A DNA stretch of 64,000 nucleotides from Cyanobacteria bacterium SIG30 (GTDB lineage: Bacteria; Cyanobacteriota; Vampirovibrionia; Gastranaerophilales; Gastranaerophilaceae): the NCBI GenBank assembly GCA_015152475.1, contig SUTW01000006.1:14372-78371 (forward strand), read 5' to 3'. Positions 1 through 9,969 of the stretch are shown here, piece by piece (position 1 is the stretch's first letter; each line of letters starts with the position of its first letter). Under the pieces are notes generated by a model. That model saw nothing but the letters and a program-made list of their open reading frames with translations. It had not been told where the DNA came from and searched no databases. Position numbers and translations under genes: made by a program.

Positions 1-2590
1 AAATGTGTCTTACAGTTTCTGATTGAATTTCAGCCATCATTTCGTTAAATAAATTAAATGCCTCTTTTTTATATTCAATAAGTGGGTCTTTTTGTCCATA
101 TGCAACAAGTCCAATTCCATCTTTTAGGACATCAATATTATTTAAATGGTCAATCCATTTTGCATCAATTACTCTAAGTAAAACATCTTTTTCGATAGAC
201 CTTAAAATGTTGTTATCGGTATTTATTTTTTGTACATCATCTGGATTTCCAAAACGTGTTACGACTGAATTAAAGCTATCTATAATTTCTTTTTCATGTT
301 TATCGTATGCTTCAGTTGCCATTTGTTTAATTTTGGCTTCAATATCACTGTAGCGCAATTTTTTGATTGATTCAACAGTTAAACTATCCATATAGACAAA
401 AACCATACGCAATTCATTAACAAGAAGGTTTAAATCGCTTTCTATATACTCACTTGGAGACATTGATGGTGATAAATTTTTGCCTAAAATTCTATCTACT
501 TCACATTGAATCATGTACTTTATTTGTGAAGATAAATTGGATACTTCAAGTACTTCATGTCTTTGTGCGTAGAATTTCTCCCTTTGTATATTAATTACAT
601 CATCATATTCAAGAACACTTTTTCTTATATCAAAATGATATGTTTCAACTTTCTTTTGTGCTGATTGAATTTGTTTAGATATAAGTGGATTTTCAATAGC
701 CATATCTTCTGGCATATTTAAAATATTCATTAGATTTGTAATTTTTTCGCCACCAAAAATGCGCATTAAGTCATCTTCAAGTGACAAGAAAAATCTTGTT
801 GAACCAGGGTCACCTTGACGTGCGGCACGACCTCTTAATTGGTTATCAATACGTCTTGATTCATGTCTTTCGGTACCAATAACGTGCAAACCACCAAGTT
901 CAACAACTTTGTCATGTTCTTTTTTTGTAATTTCTTGAGCTTCTGATAAAGCTTTTTCTTTTAGTTCATTGTAGTTTGGATTATCAGGTGTAATTCCCTT
1001 TTTTTCTAGTTCTTCTTTTGCAAGATATTCAGGGTTACCACCAAGTAAAATATCTGTTCCTCTTCCTGCCATATTTGTTGCAATTGTAACTGCACCAACA
1101 CGTCCTGCTTGCGCAATAATATAGGCTTCTTTTTCATGGTGTTTGGCGTTTAGTACATTATGTTTAACACCTTTTTTTGTTAAAAGATGAGAAATTAATT
1201 CGGATTTTTCAATACTAACAGTTCCTACAAGAGTTGGTCTTCCAATTTTTGCCATTTGGGCAATTTCTTCAACAACTGCAAGATATTTAGTCGAAATTGT
1301 TTTGTAAATTACATCAGAATAATTCATTCTTATATCAGGTTTATTAGTTGGAATTGAAGTTACAGGTAGGTTGTATATTTTTCCAAATTCAGCTTCCTCT
1401 GTCATTGCAGTACCAGTCATACCGGATAATTTTGGGTATAATCTGAATAGATTTTGGAATGTAATACTTGCAAGAGTTTGGGTTTCGTCCTGAATTGGCA
1501 CGCCTTCTTTCGCTTCAATTGCTTGATGTAAGCCATCAGACCAGCGACGTCCTTCCATAATACGACCTGTAAACTCATCAACTATCATAATTTCGTTATT
1601 TTTGATAACATAATCAGTGTCTTTAACATATAGTTCTTTTGCTCTTAACGCCTGAAGAAGATGATGCGCGTATTGTGTTTCCATATCAAATAATTCTTTT
1701 ACATTTAAAAGTTGTTGGGCTTTATCAATACCATCTTCTGTTAAAATTATGTTTTTATTTTTTTCATCTACTTCGTAATCAGTTATCTTTTCAAGTTTTG
1801 GTGCAATTTTTGACATTAAAAGATAAGTTTCCGCTGATTTTTCAAGTCTTCCGGAAATAATAAGAGGAGTTCTTGCTTCGTCAATTAAAATACTGTCAAC
1901 TTCGTCTATGATGGCATAATTAAATGGTCTTTGTACGCAATTTTCCATTGAAGATGCCATATTATCTCTTAAATAATCAAAACCAAATTCGTTATTTGTA
2001 CCATAAGTAATATCGCAATTATAAGCTTGTCTTTTTAATTCGTATTCATCAGGTGTATAATGCGAATTTGACAGGATTACACCAACGGTTAAGCCTAAAA
2101 ATTCAAATATTTTGCCCATCCAGTCGCGGTCACGTTTTGCAAGGTAATCATTGACTGTAATTATATGGACACCTTTGCCTGTTAGAGCATTAAGATATGC
2201 AGGAAGTGTTGCAACAAGAGTTTTGCCTTCACCTGTTCTCATTTCTGCAATATTGCCGTTGTGTAAAAAAATACCACCAATAAGTTGTACATCAAAATGA
2301 CGCATATTTAAAACACGCTTTCCAGCTTCTCTGACAACAGCAAAAGCGTCTGGTAAAATTTTATCTAATGCTTCTTTTTCTAATTCTAAATCTTTTTTAA
2401 AATTATTACTTTTTTCTCTATTTGCAAGATATTCTTTAAATTCTTGTGTTTTAGCTCTTAATTCATCGTCTGTTAGTTTGCTATATGATTCTTCCAATGA
2501 ATTTATATGCTCAACGATTGGCATAATATTATTAATTTTGCGTTTTTGCGGATCGCCAAAAATTTTAAGCAAAAAATTTGTAAATGACAT
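1..2590 (-). CDS. secA: Preprotein translocase ATPase SecA (partial; C-terminus lies beyond the window start)
   Basis: Minus-strand frame is open from the ATG at 2588-2590 to the window edge. It is absent from the ORF track because no stop falls in the window. My translation starts MSFTNFLLKIFGDPQKRKI...MRHFDVQLIGG...EMRTGEGKTLVATLPAYLNALTGKGVHIITVNDYLAKRD, which is the SecA motor domain. Confidence 0.95.
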   Translation of the reverse strand, partial: MSFTNFLLKIFGDPQKRKINNIMPIVEHINSLEESYSKLTDDELRAKTQEFKEYLANREKSNNFKKDLELEKEALDKILPDAFAVVREAGKRVLNMRHFDVQLIGGIFLHNGNIAEMRTGEGKTLVATLPAYLNALTGKGVHIITVNDYLAKRDRDWMGKIFEFLGLTVGVILSNSHYTPDEYELKRQAYNCDITYGTNNEFGFDYLRDNMASSMENCVQRPFNYAIIDEVDSILIDEARTPLIISGRLEKSAETYLLMSKIAPKLEKITDYEVDEKNKNIILTEDGIDKAQQLLNVKELFDMETQYAHHLLQALRAKELYVKDTDYVIKNNEIMIVDEFTGRIMEGRRWSDGLHQAIEAKEGVPIQDETQTLASITFQNLFRLYPKLSGMTGTAMTEEAEFGKIYNLPVTSIPTNKPDIRMNYSDVIYKTISTKYLAVVEEIAQMAKIGRPTLVGTVSIEKSELISHLLTKKGVKHNVLNAKHHEKEAYIIAQAGRVGAVTIATNMAGRGTDILLGGNPEYLAKEELEKKGITPDNPNYNELKEKALSEAQEITKKEHDKVVELGGLHVIGTERHESRRIDNQLRGRAARQGDPGSTRFFLSLEDDLMRIFGGEKITNLMNILNMPEDMAIENPLISKQIQSAQKKVETYHFDIRKSVLEYDDVINIQREKFYAQRHEVLEVSNLSSQIKYMIQCEVDRILGKNLSPSMSPSEYIESDLNLLVNELRMVFVYMDSLTVESIKKLRYSDIEAKIKQMATEAYDKHEKEIIDSFNSVVTRFGNPDDVQKINTDNNILRSIEKDVLLRVIDAKWIDHLNNIDVLKDGIGLVAYGQKDPLIEYKKEAFNLFNEMMAEIQSETVRHI

Positions 2591-2625
2591 GTATCTCCCC
2601 TTTTTGTGTTTATTTTACAAATATT

Positions 2626-3585
2626 TTACTCTAAATATAACAAGCAAGCAACTTTTGAATTATTGTTAACATTTACCAATTCTGGATTTTTTACTTTGCA
2701 TTTATCAAATGCTTTATTGCATCTTGGGTTAAAATAACAACCTGATATTTTTTCTGTTATTGTTTTTGGTTGTCCTTTGATATTTTCCAGTTTTTTGTTT
2801 TTTTCTTTTGGTATTGCATTTATTAAAGCTTTTGTGTATGGATGTTTAGGGTTTTTAAATAATTCTTTTGTTTCTGATTGTTCAACAATTTTTCCAGAAT
2901 ACATAATGCATACATCGTCACAATATTCAGATACTATTCCAAGATTATGTGTTATTAAAATGATTGTTTTATTTTGTTTTTTAATTTTGTCTAGTAAATT
3001 TAAAATTTGAGCTTGTATTGTGACATCAAGTGCTGTTGTAGGTTCATCTGCAATAATTATTTCAGCATCGGTTAAAAGTGCCATTGCAATAATTATTCTT
3101 TGTTTCATTCCGCCTGACAGTTCATGTGGATATGATTTTAAAACGTTATCAATGTTTTTAATATCAACTTCTTTCAATGCATCATAAGCAAGTTCTTTTG
3201 CTTTATTTTTGCTTATTTTATTGTTTAGAGTAATGCTTTCTATAAGTTGATTTTCAATTGTGTATAATGGATTTAATGATGTCATTGGGTCTTGTGGAAT
3301 AAGCGCGATTTTTTGTCCTCTTATTTCCTGCATTTGCTTATCATCAAAATCTAGCAAATTTTTATCATTATAAAATATCTCGCCTGAAATAATTTTTGCG
3401 TTATTTGGAAGTAATTTTAAAACAGACATTGCTGTCATGGTTTTTCCACAACCAGATTCGCCAACTAAGGCATGAGTCTTGCCTCTTTTAAAAGTAAGAT
3501 TAATATTATCTAGTGCCCTATAATATTTTTCCTTAATTTCAAAATCTAGCGTTAAATTATTTATTTTTAATATGCATTCATTCAT
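2626..3585 (-). CDS. Oligopeptide/dipeptide-type ABC transporter ATP-binding protein (OppD/DppD-like)
   Basis: Walker A GESGCGKT, ABC signature LSGGMKQR, Walker B IIIADEPTTALD, and a C-terminal oligopeptide-type extension (HPYTKALI...CYFNPRC). Confidence 0.9.
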   Translation of the reverse strand: MNECILKINNLTLDFEIKEKYYRALDNINLTFKRGKTHALVGESGCGKTMTAMSVLKLLPNNAKIISGEIFYNDKNLLDFDDKQMQEIRGQKIALIPQDPMTSLNPLYTIENQLIESITLNNKISKNKAKELAYDALKEVDIKNIDNVLKSYPHELSGGMKQRIIIAMALLTDAEIIIADEPTTALDVTIQAQILNLLDKIKKQNKTIILITHNLGIVSEYCDDVCIMYSGKIVEQSETKELFKNPKHPYTKALINAIPKEKNKKLENIKGQPKTITEKISGCYFNPRCNKAFDKCKVKNPELVNVNNNSKVACLLYLE

Positions 3586-3630
3586 AAAATAAACTATAAC
3601 ATTTATTAAAAATATTAACCATTAGTAAAA

Positions 3631-4764
3631 CTATTGATTTTGCAATTTAGCTTGCATAATTTTTTTATTTTTCTTGCGTCTCATTAAATCAACAAAAGCT
3701 TCAAGTCTTGTGAGGTAGCCCGCTCTGCCTGTCTGTTCATCCATAATTAATGGCAGAATTGGTATATCAACATCTTCTCTCATTTTTGGAAATATATTTT
3801 GTGACATAATTTCAGGCATACATGTAAAAGGTGAAATATGAATTATGCCATCCTTTCCTTTTTCTTGTGCATATATAACATCACTTATACATTCTAAGGC
3901 ATCTCCGCCAATATCTCTCATTAAATATGGTTGTGCAAGTCTAAAAGCACGCTCAAGATGTGTTTCGCCTTTTTTAAACCATTTTGGTATTATTGCATCT
4001 TTTAAAAAGCTACTTACCGTTAGACTTCTTCTAACTTGAACACCCATTTTTCCAAGTTCTCTACATATATTTTGATTTGCAAAATAATCTAAAACCAAGA
4101 AGATTTCACCCGTTAAATCAACGTGTAAAACATCTTTATTTTTATTTATTTTAATATTTGAAATTTCTTTTAATGCTTTTTTGAGCATTTTATTTGTTTC
4201 CAATATTGATTTTGCGCTTTCTATATATTTTAATCCTTTTTTGAATGCTTTTTCGCTATCTCCGACATTTATTTCTCTTGCTCTGTGGTAAGATAAAAAA
4301 TCTTCCAATTGGTCAAGCGCAAATACTTTTCTCATTGTAAGTAATATCGCATAAAGCTTTTTGAATGGGTTTTTAATGCCTGTTAATCTTGTTATATAAT
4401 CATACATACCTTTTATACCATCATATAGGCTTAATTCAATATATTTGTCGCCATGACCCATTTCATTCAATGCATTTTGAATACTTTTTCCATATTCACC
4501 AAGCCTACATATTCCAGGAGACGTAATCATAGAAACATAATCAGCCCCACCTTCTATTGCCTCAAAAAAGTTACCTAATATTAATTTATATGGCAGACAA
4601 ATAGCTTCGGGAGAATATTTTGTTCCAATTGATAAAGTTTTTTTGTTTGTATATGGTGGAACATGTGGCTCGACTCCTAATTCATTCAATGCTGCAGACC
4701 AAGCTATTGATATAGTTCCCATATGTGGAAAGGAGACTTTGATTTTTTTATTATTTTTCTTCAT
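3631..4764 (-). CDS. Acyl-CoA dehydratase activase-related protein (DUF2229-like, stand-alone)
   Basis: The N-terminal pattern FPHMGT..ALNELGVEP.VPP.T.K.TL.IGTKYSPEAICLPYK...GGADYV...PGICRLGEYG matches my recollection of the C-terminal module of CoA-substrate-specific enzyme activases. Confidence 0.5.
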   Translation of the reverse strand: MKKNNKKIKVSFPHMGTISIAWSAALNELGVEPHVPPYTNKKTLSIGTKYSPEAICLPYKLILGNFFEAIEGGADYVSMITSPGICRLGEYGKSIQNALNEMGHGDKYIELSLYDGIKGMYDYITRLTGIKNPFKKLYAILLTMRKVFALDQLEDFLSYHRAREINVGDSEKAFKKGLKYIESAKSILETNKMLKKALKEISNIKINKNKDVLHVDLTGEIFLVLDYFANQNICRELGKMGVQVRRSLTVSSFLKDAIIPKWFKKGETHLERAFRLAQPYLMRDIGGDALECISDVIYAQEKGKDGIIHISPFTCMPEIMSQNIFPKMREDVDIPILPLIMDEQTGRAGYLTRLEAFVDLMRRKKNKKIMQAKLQNQ

Positions 4765-4816
4765 ATTTAAATTATCACATAAAAATCAGTTTATTAAAAT
4801 TTATTTTTAATAATTT

Positions 4817-4850
4817 AAAAACCCGTTCATCATATTTGATAAACGGGTTT
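4817..4850 (-). terminator. Rho-independent terminator after rplL
   Basis: On the minus strand, AAACCCGTT...AACGGGTTT forms a 9-bp stem followed by TTTTT, directly downstream of the rplL stop. Confidence 0.65.
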
Positions 4851-4871
4851 AATAATTTTTTGTAGTAATTA

Positions 4872-5246
4872 CTACTTGATTTCAACAGCTCCGCCAGCTT
4901 CTTCGATTTGTTTTTTGATAGCGTCAGCTTCTTCTTTTTTGACGTTTTCTTTGATTGGTTTTGGAGCGTTATCAACTAAATCTTTAGCTTCTTTCAAGCC
5001 AAGACCTGTGATTTCTCTAACGATTTTTAAAACAGCGATTTTGTTAGCACCAGCTGAAGTTAATGTGATTGTAACTTCTGATGGAGCTTCTTCAGCTGCT
5101 GCTGCGCCTGCTGCTGGAGCTGCTGCTACTGCAACTGGAGCTGCTGCTGAAACACCGAATTTTTCTTCCATAGCTTTAACAAGTTCAGCTGCTTCGATTA
5201 AAGTTAATTTTTCAATTGATTCTAAAATAGTTTCTACGTTACTCAT
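4872..5246 (-). CDS. rplL: 50S ribosomal protein L7/L12
   Basis: Ala-rich hinge ([20 protein letters not shown]) plus the C-terminal domain [24 protein letters not shown]...EEAGG. Confidence 0.97.
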   Translation of the reverse strand: MSNVETILESIEKLTLIEAAELVKAMEEKFGVSAAAPVAVAAAPAAGAAAAEEAPSEVTITLTSAGANKIAVLKIVREITGLGLKEAKDLVDNAPKPIKENVKKEEADAIKKQIEEAGGAVEIK

Positions 5247-5267
5247 TTTCTTTTACCTTTCTATTAA

Positions 5268-5789
5268 TTAGTTACTTTTTTGTTCTTTAACTGCGTTAAT
5301 AGCACGAACAAGTGCGCTCATAACGCCATTGACTGTATAAACGATACCTGATGCTGGAGAATTGATTGAACCAAGAATTTTTGCATAAAGTTCTTCTTTT
5401 GAAGGAAGTTTTGCAAGTTCTTTGGCTTCGTCAGCATTAAGTAATTTTCCGTCTAAAACAGCACCTGTAATTTCGCATTTTTTAGTTTCTTTAATGAAAT
5501 TTGAAAGAATTTTAGCTGCTGCTACTTCATCGCCAAAACCAAACGCAACTGCTGTTGGACCATTTAAAAGTGATTCAATTGCTTCAAAACCTGTATTTTT
5601 TGATGCTAATTTACACAATGTATTTTTGGTAACAGTTAAGTCAGCATTTTGTTTTTGAAGCTCGCGTCTTAATTTTGTAATTTCTTCAACTGTCAAGCCT
5701 CTGTAATCAGCAACAACGGCAACTTTAGCATTTTCAAATTGCTTTTTATAACTTTCAATTTTTTCATTTTTAAAAGCTTTTGTTGACAT
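5268..5789 (-). CDS. rplJ: 50S ribosomal protein L10
   Basis: 173 aa, immediately upstream of rplL. Typical L10 N-terminus (KVAVVADYRGLTVEEITKLRREL). Confidence 0.95.
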   Translation of the reverse strand: MSTKAFKNEKIESYKKQFENAKVAVVADYRGLTVEEITKLRRELQKQNADLTVTKNTLCKLASKNTGFEAIESLLNGPTAVAFGFGDEVAAAKILSNFIKETKKCEITGAVLDGKLLNADEAKELAKLPSKEELYAKILGSINSPASGIVYTVNGVMSALVRAINAVKEQKSN

Positions 5790-5950
5790 TGAACTAGTGC
5801 TCTCCTTTCTGTTGTTTTTTATTTAAAACCTTTTATATACTAAAAAAGTTTTGCATTGATATACTGCAAAACATACAAAATAACAATATTTTTAATCGTT
5901 ACCTCGGTAGGAAATTAAGGTTTTCAACCACCTACTGTCTACAGTATATT
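5790..5950 (-). promoter_or_regulatory. Candidate L10 (rplJL) leader with attenuator hairpin
   Basis: The minus-strand leader contains GTAGG-T-GGTT-GAAA-AACC-...-CCTAC. It also has a perfect 8-bp hairpin, GTTTTGCA(N9)TGCAAAAC (5848-5872), followed by TTTTTT, with the U-run ending 52 nt before the rplJ ATG. Confidence 0.45.
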
Positions 5951-6064
5951 TAAATAATATTACATAAAGCGTGTTTGTCAACAATTAAAATTGTTTTGCC
6001 TCTTGAAAAATGTTTTTAATTTGATATATTATAGTTATCTTATTATTTATATAGTTTTGGTTAA

Positions 6065-6691
6065 ATGAATAATTACAAACAAAAAATCGAAAAAGATGTT
6101 CAGTTAAGAAAATATTTAGACCTTATAAATAAAATTGCAAAGGCTGAGTATAAAATTTTAAATGCACAACATCTTATTGAATATGGAGAATTAGTCAACA
6201 TTGGTATTCAAACAGTTGATATCTTAATTGATAACAATAAAATGAATGAATACAATGAATCTTATATTGCAACTGCAGTTAAATGGGCTATCAGAAATGA
6301 ACTTAGAAGACGTTATAGGTGGCATGGTGTAAGAACTGAAATTGTTGGCAAAGCAAGTGATGAAGACAAAACTGAAATCAGAGAAGCAATTTACAAGACT
6401 ATTTTATCGACAGACGAACTTATTGAATCTGATAAACCATTTGAAGTAAAAGATATCAGAAAAACTCCAGAAGAAAATATTGAATTTATACAAATTTCAC
6501 AAGCAATCAAACATGCTATTTCAAATTTACCAAGACGTGAAAGAGATTTAATTGAGGCAAAATTTTTTAAAGAAAAGAAACTCCATGAACTTTCTGAAGA
6601 ATTTATGATATCACCATCAAGAATTTCTCGTATTATTAAATCAGGTCTTGACAAAATTAAAGAAGAGCTGTCAAAATCGGACATTTTTTAA
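6065..6691 (+). CDS. Sigma-70 family RNA polymerase sigma factor, short group-3 type (SigF/FliA-like)
   Basis: 208 aa. Region 2-like segment AVKWAIRNELRRRYRW and region 4 HTH LPRRERDLIEAKFF..KKLHELSEEFMISPSRISRIIKSGLDKIK. Confidence 0.8.
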   Translation: MNNYKQKIEKDVQLRKYLDLINKIAKAEYKILNAQHLIEYGELVNIGIQTVDILIDNNKMNEYNESYIATAVKWAIRNELRRRYRWHGVRTEIVGKASDEDKTEIREAIYKTILSTDELIESDKPFEVKDIRKTPEENIEFIQISQAIKHAISNLPRRERDLIEAKFFKEKKLHELSEEFMISPSRISRIIKSGLDKIKEELSKSDIF

Positions 6692-6694
6692 GCT

Positions 6695-7987
6695 ATGACA
6701 ATAAATCTTGTAACAAAATATCAAAGCACACCTCTTAAAGGTGTAATTACAATACCAGCCGATAAATCAATTGCACACAGGTCATTAATTATCGGTTCTT
6801 TAACTGGTGGCAAAATCAAAATTTCAAATTATTCAAGTTCAGCTGATTGTATTTCAACACTAAATATTATAAAAAATCTAGGTGCAGAAATTGAATTTTT
6901 GGATGAAAAAACTTTATTACTAGATGCAAAAAATTGTTTTATGGCACCAAATACTTCTTTAGACTGTGGTAACTCAGGTACTTCAATGCGTCTTTTGAGT
7001 GGTATTTGTGCGGGACAAAAATTTTCTTCAGAACTTATTGGAGACATTAGCCTATCAAGACGCCCTATGGCAAGAGTTATCAAGCCACTTGAACTTATGG
7101 GGGCAAAAATATTTTCAAATGACAATAAAGCTCCTTTAAAATTTGAGCCATCTAATTTGTGCGGAATAGATTATGTTTCCAATATTGCATCTGCTCAAGT
7201 TAAATCTTGTATATTGCTTGCAGGACTTAATGCACAAGGTGAAACAAGCGTTGTTGAGCCATATCTTTCAAGAAATCATACTGAATTAATGCTTAAATTT
7301 TTTAATGCAGATATTAAATGCGTTGACAATAAAACAGTTATCAGAAAATCGAATTTAGAACCCAAAAATTTAGATGTTGTTGGTGATATTTCGTCTGCAA
7401 GTTTCTTTATAGTTGCAACACTATTGGTTCCAAATTCTGAAATTATTATTAAAAATGTTGGCATAAATCAAACTCGCTCTGGAATTATTGATGTTTTATT
7501 TAAAATGGGTGCCAATATTGAAATTTTAGATAAAAAAAACGTATGCATGGAAGATGTTGCAGATATTAAAATTAAATATACGGAAAATCTTAAACCGGTT
7601 ACGATTGAAGGCAGTATTATTCCTCGTTTAATTGATGAACTTCCCATAATTGCTGTTTTATTAACTCAGGCTAATGGCACATCAATTGTAAAAGATGCTT
7701 CTGATTTAAGAAATAAAGAAAGCGATAGAATTAAATTAGTTGTAACTCAGCTTAAAAAAATGGGTTGTGATATCGAAGAAACCAATGATGGTTTTATTAT
7801 TAATGGTAAATCAGAACTTAAAGGTGAATGTGATTTTGAAATTGCACATGATCATAGACTTGCTATGAGTTTGTTTGTTGCATCTTTAGTTACTGAAAAA
7901 TCCAGTGTTATTAATGGATTTGAGTGGGTCAATACATCATTTCCGACATTTTTAAATTGTATGTCTGATTTGGGAGTTAATGCATGA
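6695..7987 (+). CDS. aroA: 3-phosphoshikimate 1-carboxyvinyltransferase (EPSP synthase)
   Basis: 430 aa. PADKSIAHRSLII, LDCGNSGTSMRLL, LSRRPM, KESDR and DHRLAMS motifs. Confidence 0.95.
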   Translation: MTINLVTKYQSTPLKGVITIPADKSIAHRSLIIGSLTGGKIKISNYSSSADCISTLNIIKNLGAEIEFLDEKTLLLDAKNCFMAPNTSLDCGNSGTSMRLLSGICAGQKFSSELIGDISLSRRPMARVIKPLELMGAKIFSNDNKAPLKFEPSNLCGIDYVSNIASAQVKSCILLAGLNAQGETSVVEPYLSRNHTELMLKFFNADIKCVDNKTVIRKSNLEPKNLDVVGDISSASFFIVATLLVPNSEIIIKNVGINQTRSGIIDVLFKMGANIEILDKKNVCMEDVADIKIKYTENLKPVTIEGSIIPRLIDELPIIAVLLTQANGTSIVKDASDLRNKESDRIKLVVTQLKKMGCDIEETNDGFIINGKSELKGECDFEIAHDHRLAMSLFVASLVTEKSSVINGFEWVNTSFPTFLNCMSDLGVNA

Positions 7988-8700
7988 TTAAAGCAATAAT
8001 TATTGATGATGATGCTTCAATTTGCGAGCTTGTTAAAATCAATTTAGAACTTTCTGGCTTTACTTGTTTAAGTGCTACAGATCCTAATATTGGTTTTGCA
8101 CTTGTTAAGCAGGAATTACCAGATGTTGTCATCTTGGATGTTATGATGGGTGAAGTTGATGGATATAGTGTTGCACTAAAAATTAGACAAAATGCAACAA
8201 CTCAAAATATACCTATTATCATGTTAACTGCACTTGGTGAATTGAAAGATAAACTTAAAGGATTTGATTCTGGCGTTGATGATTACCTAACAAAACCTTT
8301 TGAAATTGAAGAACTTAAAGCAAGAGTTAGGGTTTTAGCTCAAAGAACAAATAAAAACACCTATTCTTCACTTATAGTTAAAGAAGTTTTGAATATTGGC
8401 GATATTACTTTAATGCCTGAAAAATACGAAGTTAAAATCCTTGATAAAACAGCTAAATTAACACCAATCGAGTTTGAAATTTTAAATATACTTGTACAAA
8501 ATTATGACAAAATTGTACCTTTAAGTACAATGCTTAAAGAAATTTGGGGTTATAGTGAGGATGATAATGTTGACATTATAAGAGTTCACATGAGACATCT
8601 TCGTTCCAAAATTGATAAAATATCATGTAGTGAGAAAAAATATATAAAAACAGTTTACGGTGGCGGTTACAGGCTTTCGCCAACCGGCTCAGATAATTGA
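7984..8700 (+). CDS. OmpR-family response regulator (RpaA/RpaB-like)
   Basis: Receiver domain (DVVILDVMMGEVDGY, IPIIMLTALGE, DDYLTKPFEIEELKARV) plus a winged-helix output domain (LTPIEFEILNIL...VHMRHLRSKI...YGGGYRL). The ATGA start overlaps the aroA stop. Confidence 0.9.
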   Translation: MIKAIIIDDDASICELVKINLELSGFTCLSATDPNIGFALVKQELPDVVILDVMMGEVDGYSVALKIRQNATTQNIPIIMLTALGELKDKLKGFDSGVDDYLTKPFEIEELKARVRVLAQRTNKNTYSSLIVKEVLNIGDITLMPEKYEVKILDKTAKLTPIEFEILNILVQNYDKIVPLSTMLKEIWGYSEDDNVDIIRVHMRHLRSKIDKISCSEKKYIKTVYGGGYRLSPTGSDN

Positions 8701-9969
8701 TTATTTGATCTTAGCTGCAATGTATTTTGCAACACCTTCACCCATTGAAGCACAACTTGTTTGTACCCTGAGCGCGCTATGTGATTCAAAGTCAGCACCA
8801 AGACATCTTCCAATGATAAACAGGTTGTCATAATTTGTGGACATTAATGATTCTATCGGCAAATAATAATTATTGTATTTTGTCAATTTTGAATCATCAT
8901 CTGAATGAATATCAATTGGATAATCGGAACTTAAAACTTCATTTTTAAAGCGTTTTTCATTAATTATATCGTTAATTTTGTATATATATTTTGTTTTAAC
9001 TCTACCATTTTCGCGATTACCTGTTATATCCGCTATATTTGAAATGTAGGCATTTTCAAAACCTTTTAAATATTTCTTGCAAAAATCAAGCAATCTTACC
9101 ATAGCTTCTCTTGCCTCAATTAGCGCGTTTGAGTATGCTATTAGGTCATAATCCTTATCTAGATTTAAATAAGGGCAATTAAAGGCAATTGTAGATGGCA
9201 TTTTTGCAACTGTGAATAGCTGAAAATACTCAGTATCAGCAGGTTTTAGCACATTATCTTCTATTGCCTTATTAAAATATTCTTCAAGTGCCCATTTTTT
9301 GTCTTTTGACGATGTATATGCTGTACTTAAATGTCTATCGTTATCAATTTTAAATGACGTTGTAACATCTCTATTGTTATCAATTTTTAAAATAAAATCT
9401 GAAAACTTTTCTAAATCTACATTAGAAACCAAAAATCTTAAAGATTTTTTTTGAAATTTATTTTTTTCTTTTATAAAATCGCATTTTAAAATTTTTGAAA
9501 ATTTTCCAGAACCTGTTGCATCAATAAAATAACTCGAATAGATATATAACGATAACAATTCAGACTCAATTTTTATTTTTTTAATATTATTTTTATTTTT
9601 TTCAAAATCTACACAAGTGGATTCATATAAAATATCGACTCCAACTTTTTTAAGCATTTGTTCGTAAACAATTTTTAAAAGTATAGGATTAAACCACCCT
9701 TTGTTACCATCTCCATATGTTATTTGTGCATTATTTAATTTAGAATATTTAACCAATTCGTTATAAAAATCCGTATTAATGTTTTTGTCATTAGATTTCA
9801 TTGATGGCACAACAAGCCCGCCTGTTGTAAGACCACCTAAATAATTATTTTTTTCAACAAGCAATGTTTTTAAATTATTTTTAGCGCAATTATAAGCGCA
9901 AGAAATTCCTGCAATACCTCCACCTATAATTACAACATCATAAGATCTTTCTTTATTCATAAAATGCAT
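8701..9969 (-). CDS. FAD-dependent oxidoreductase (FAD_oxidored-like)
   Basis: N-terminal Rossmann motif YDVVIIGGGIAGISCAY...LLVEK. The start could instead be the ATG at 9960. Confidence 0.7.
   Translation of the reverse strand: MHFMNKERSYDVVIIGGGIAGISCAYNCAKNNLKTLLVEKNNYLGGLTTGGLVVPSMKSNDKNINTDFYNELVKYSKLNNAQITYGDGNKGWFNPILLKIVYEQMLKKVGVDILYESTCVDFEKNKNNIKKIKIESELLSLYIYSSYFIDATGSGKFSKILKCDFIKEKNKFQKKSLRFLVSNVDLEKFSDFILKIDNNRDVTTSFKIDNDRHLSTAYTSSKDKKWALEEYFNKAIEDNVLKPADTEYFQLFTVAKMPSTIAFNCPYLNLDKDYDLIAYSNALIEAREAMVRLLDFCKKYLKGFENAYISNIADITGNRENGRVKTKYIYKINDIINEKRFKNEVLSSDYPIDIHSDDDSKLTKYNNYYLPIESLMSTNYDNLFIIGRCLGADFESHSALRVQTSCASMGEGVAKYIAAKIK

Noticed and set aside
4775-4975. 66-aa Lys-rich ORF overlapping the rplL 3' end and its terminator
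   Set aside because: It overlaps rplL out of frame on the same strand, spans the terminator hairpin, and has low-complexity Lys/Asn composition typical of random AT-rich frames.
4876-5271. 131-aa plus-strand ORF (Ala/Ser-rich) opposite rplL
   Set aside because: It is the mirror frame of the Ala-rich, highly conserved L7/L12 gene. It has no independent start context, so it is an antisense shadow ORF.
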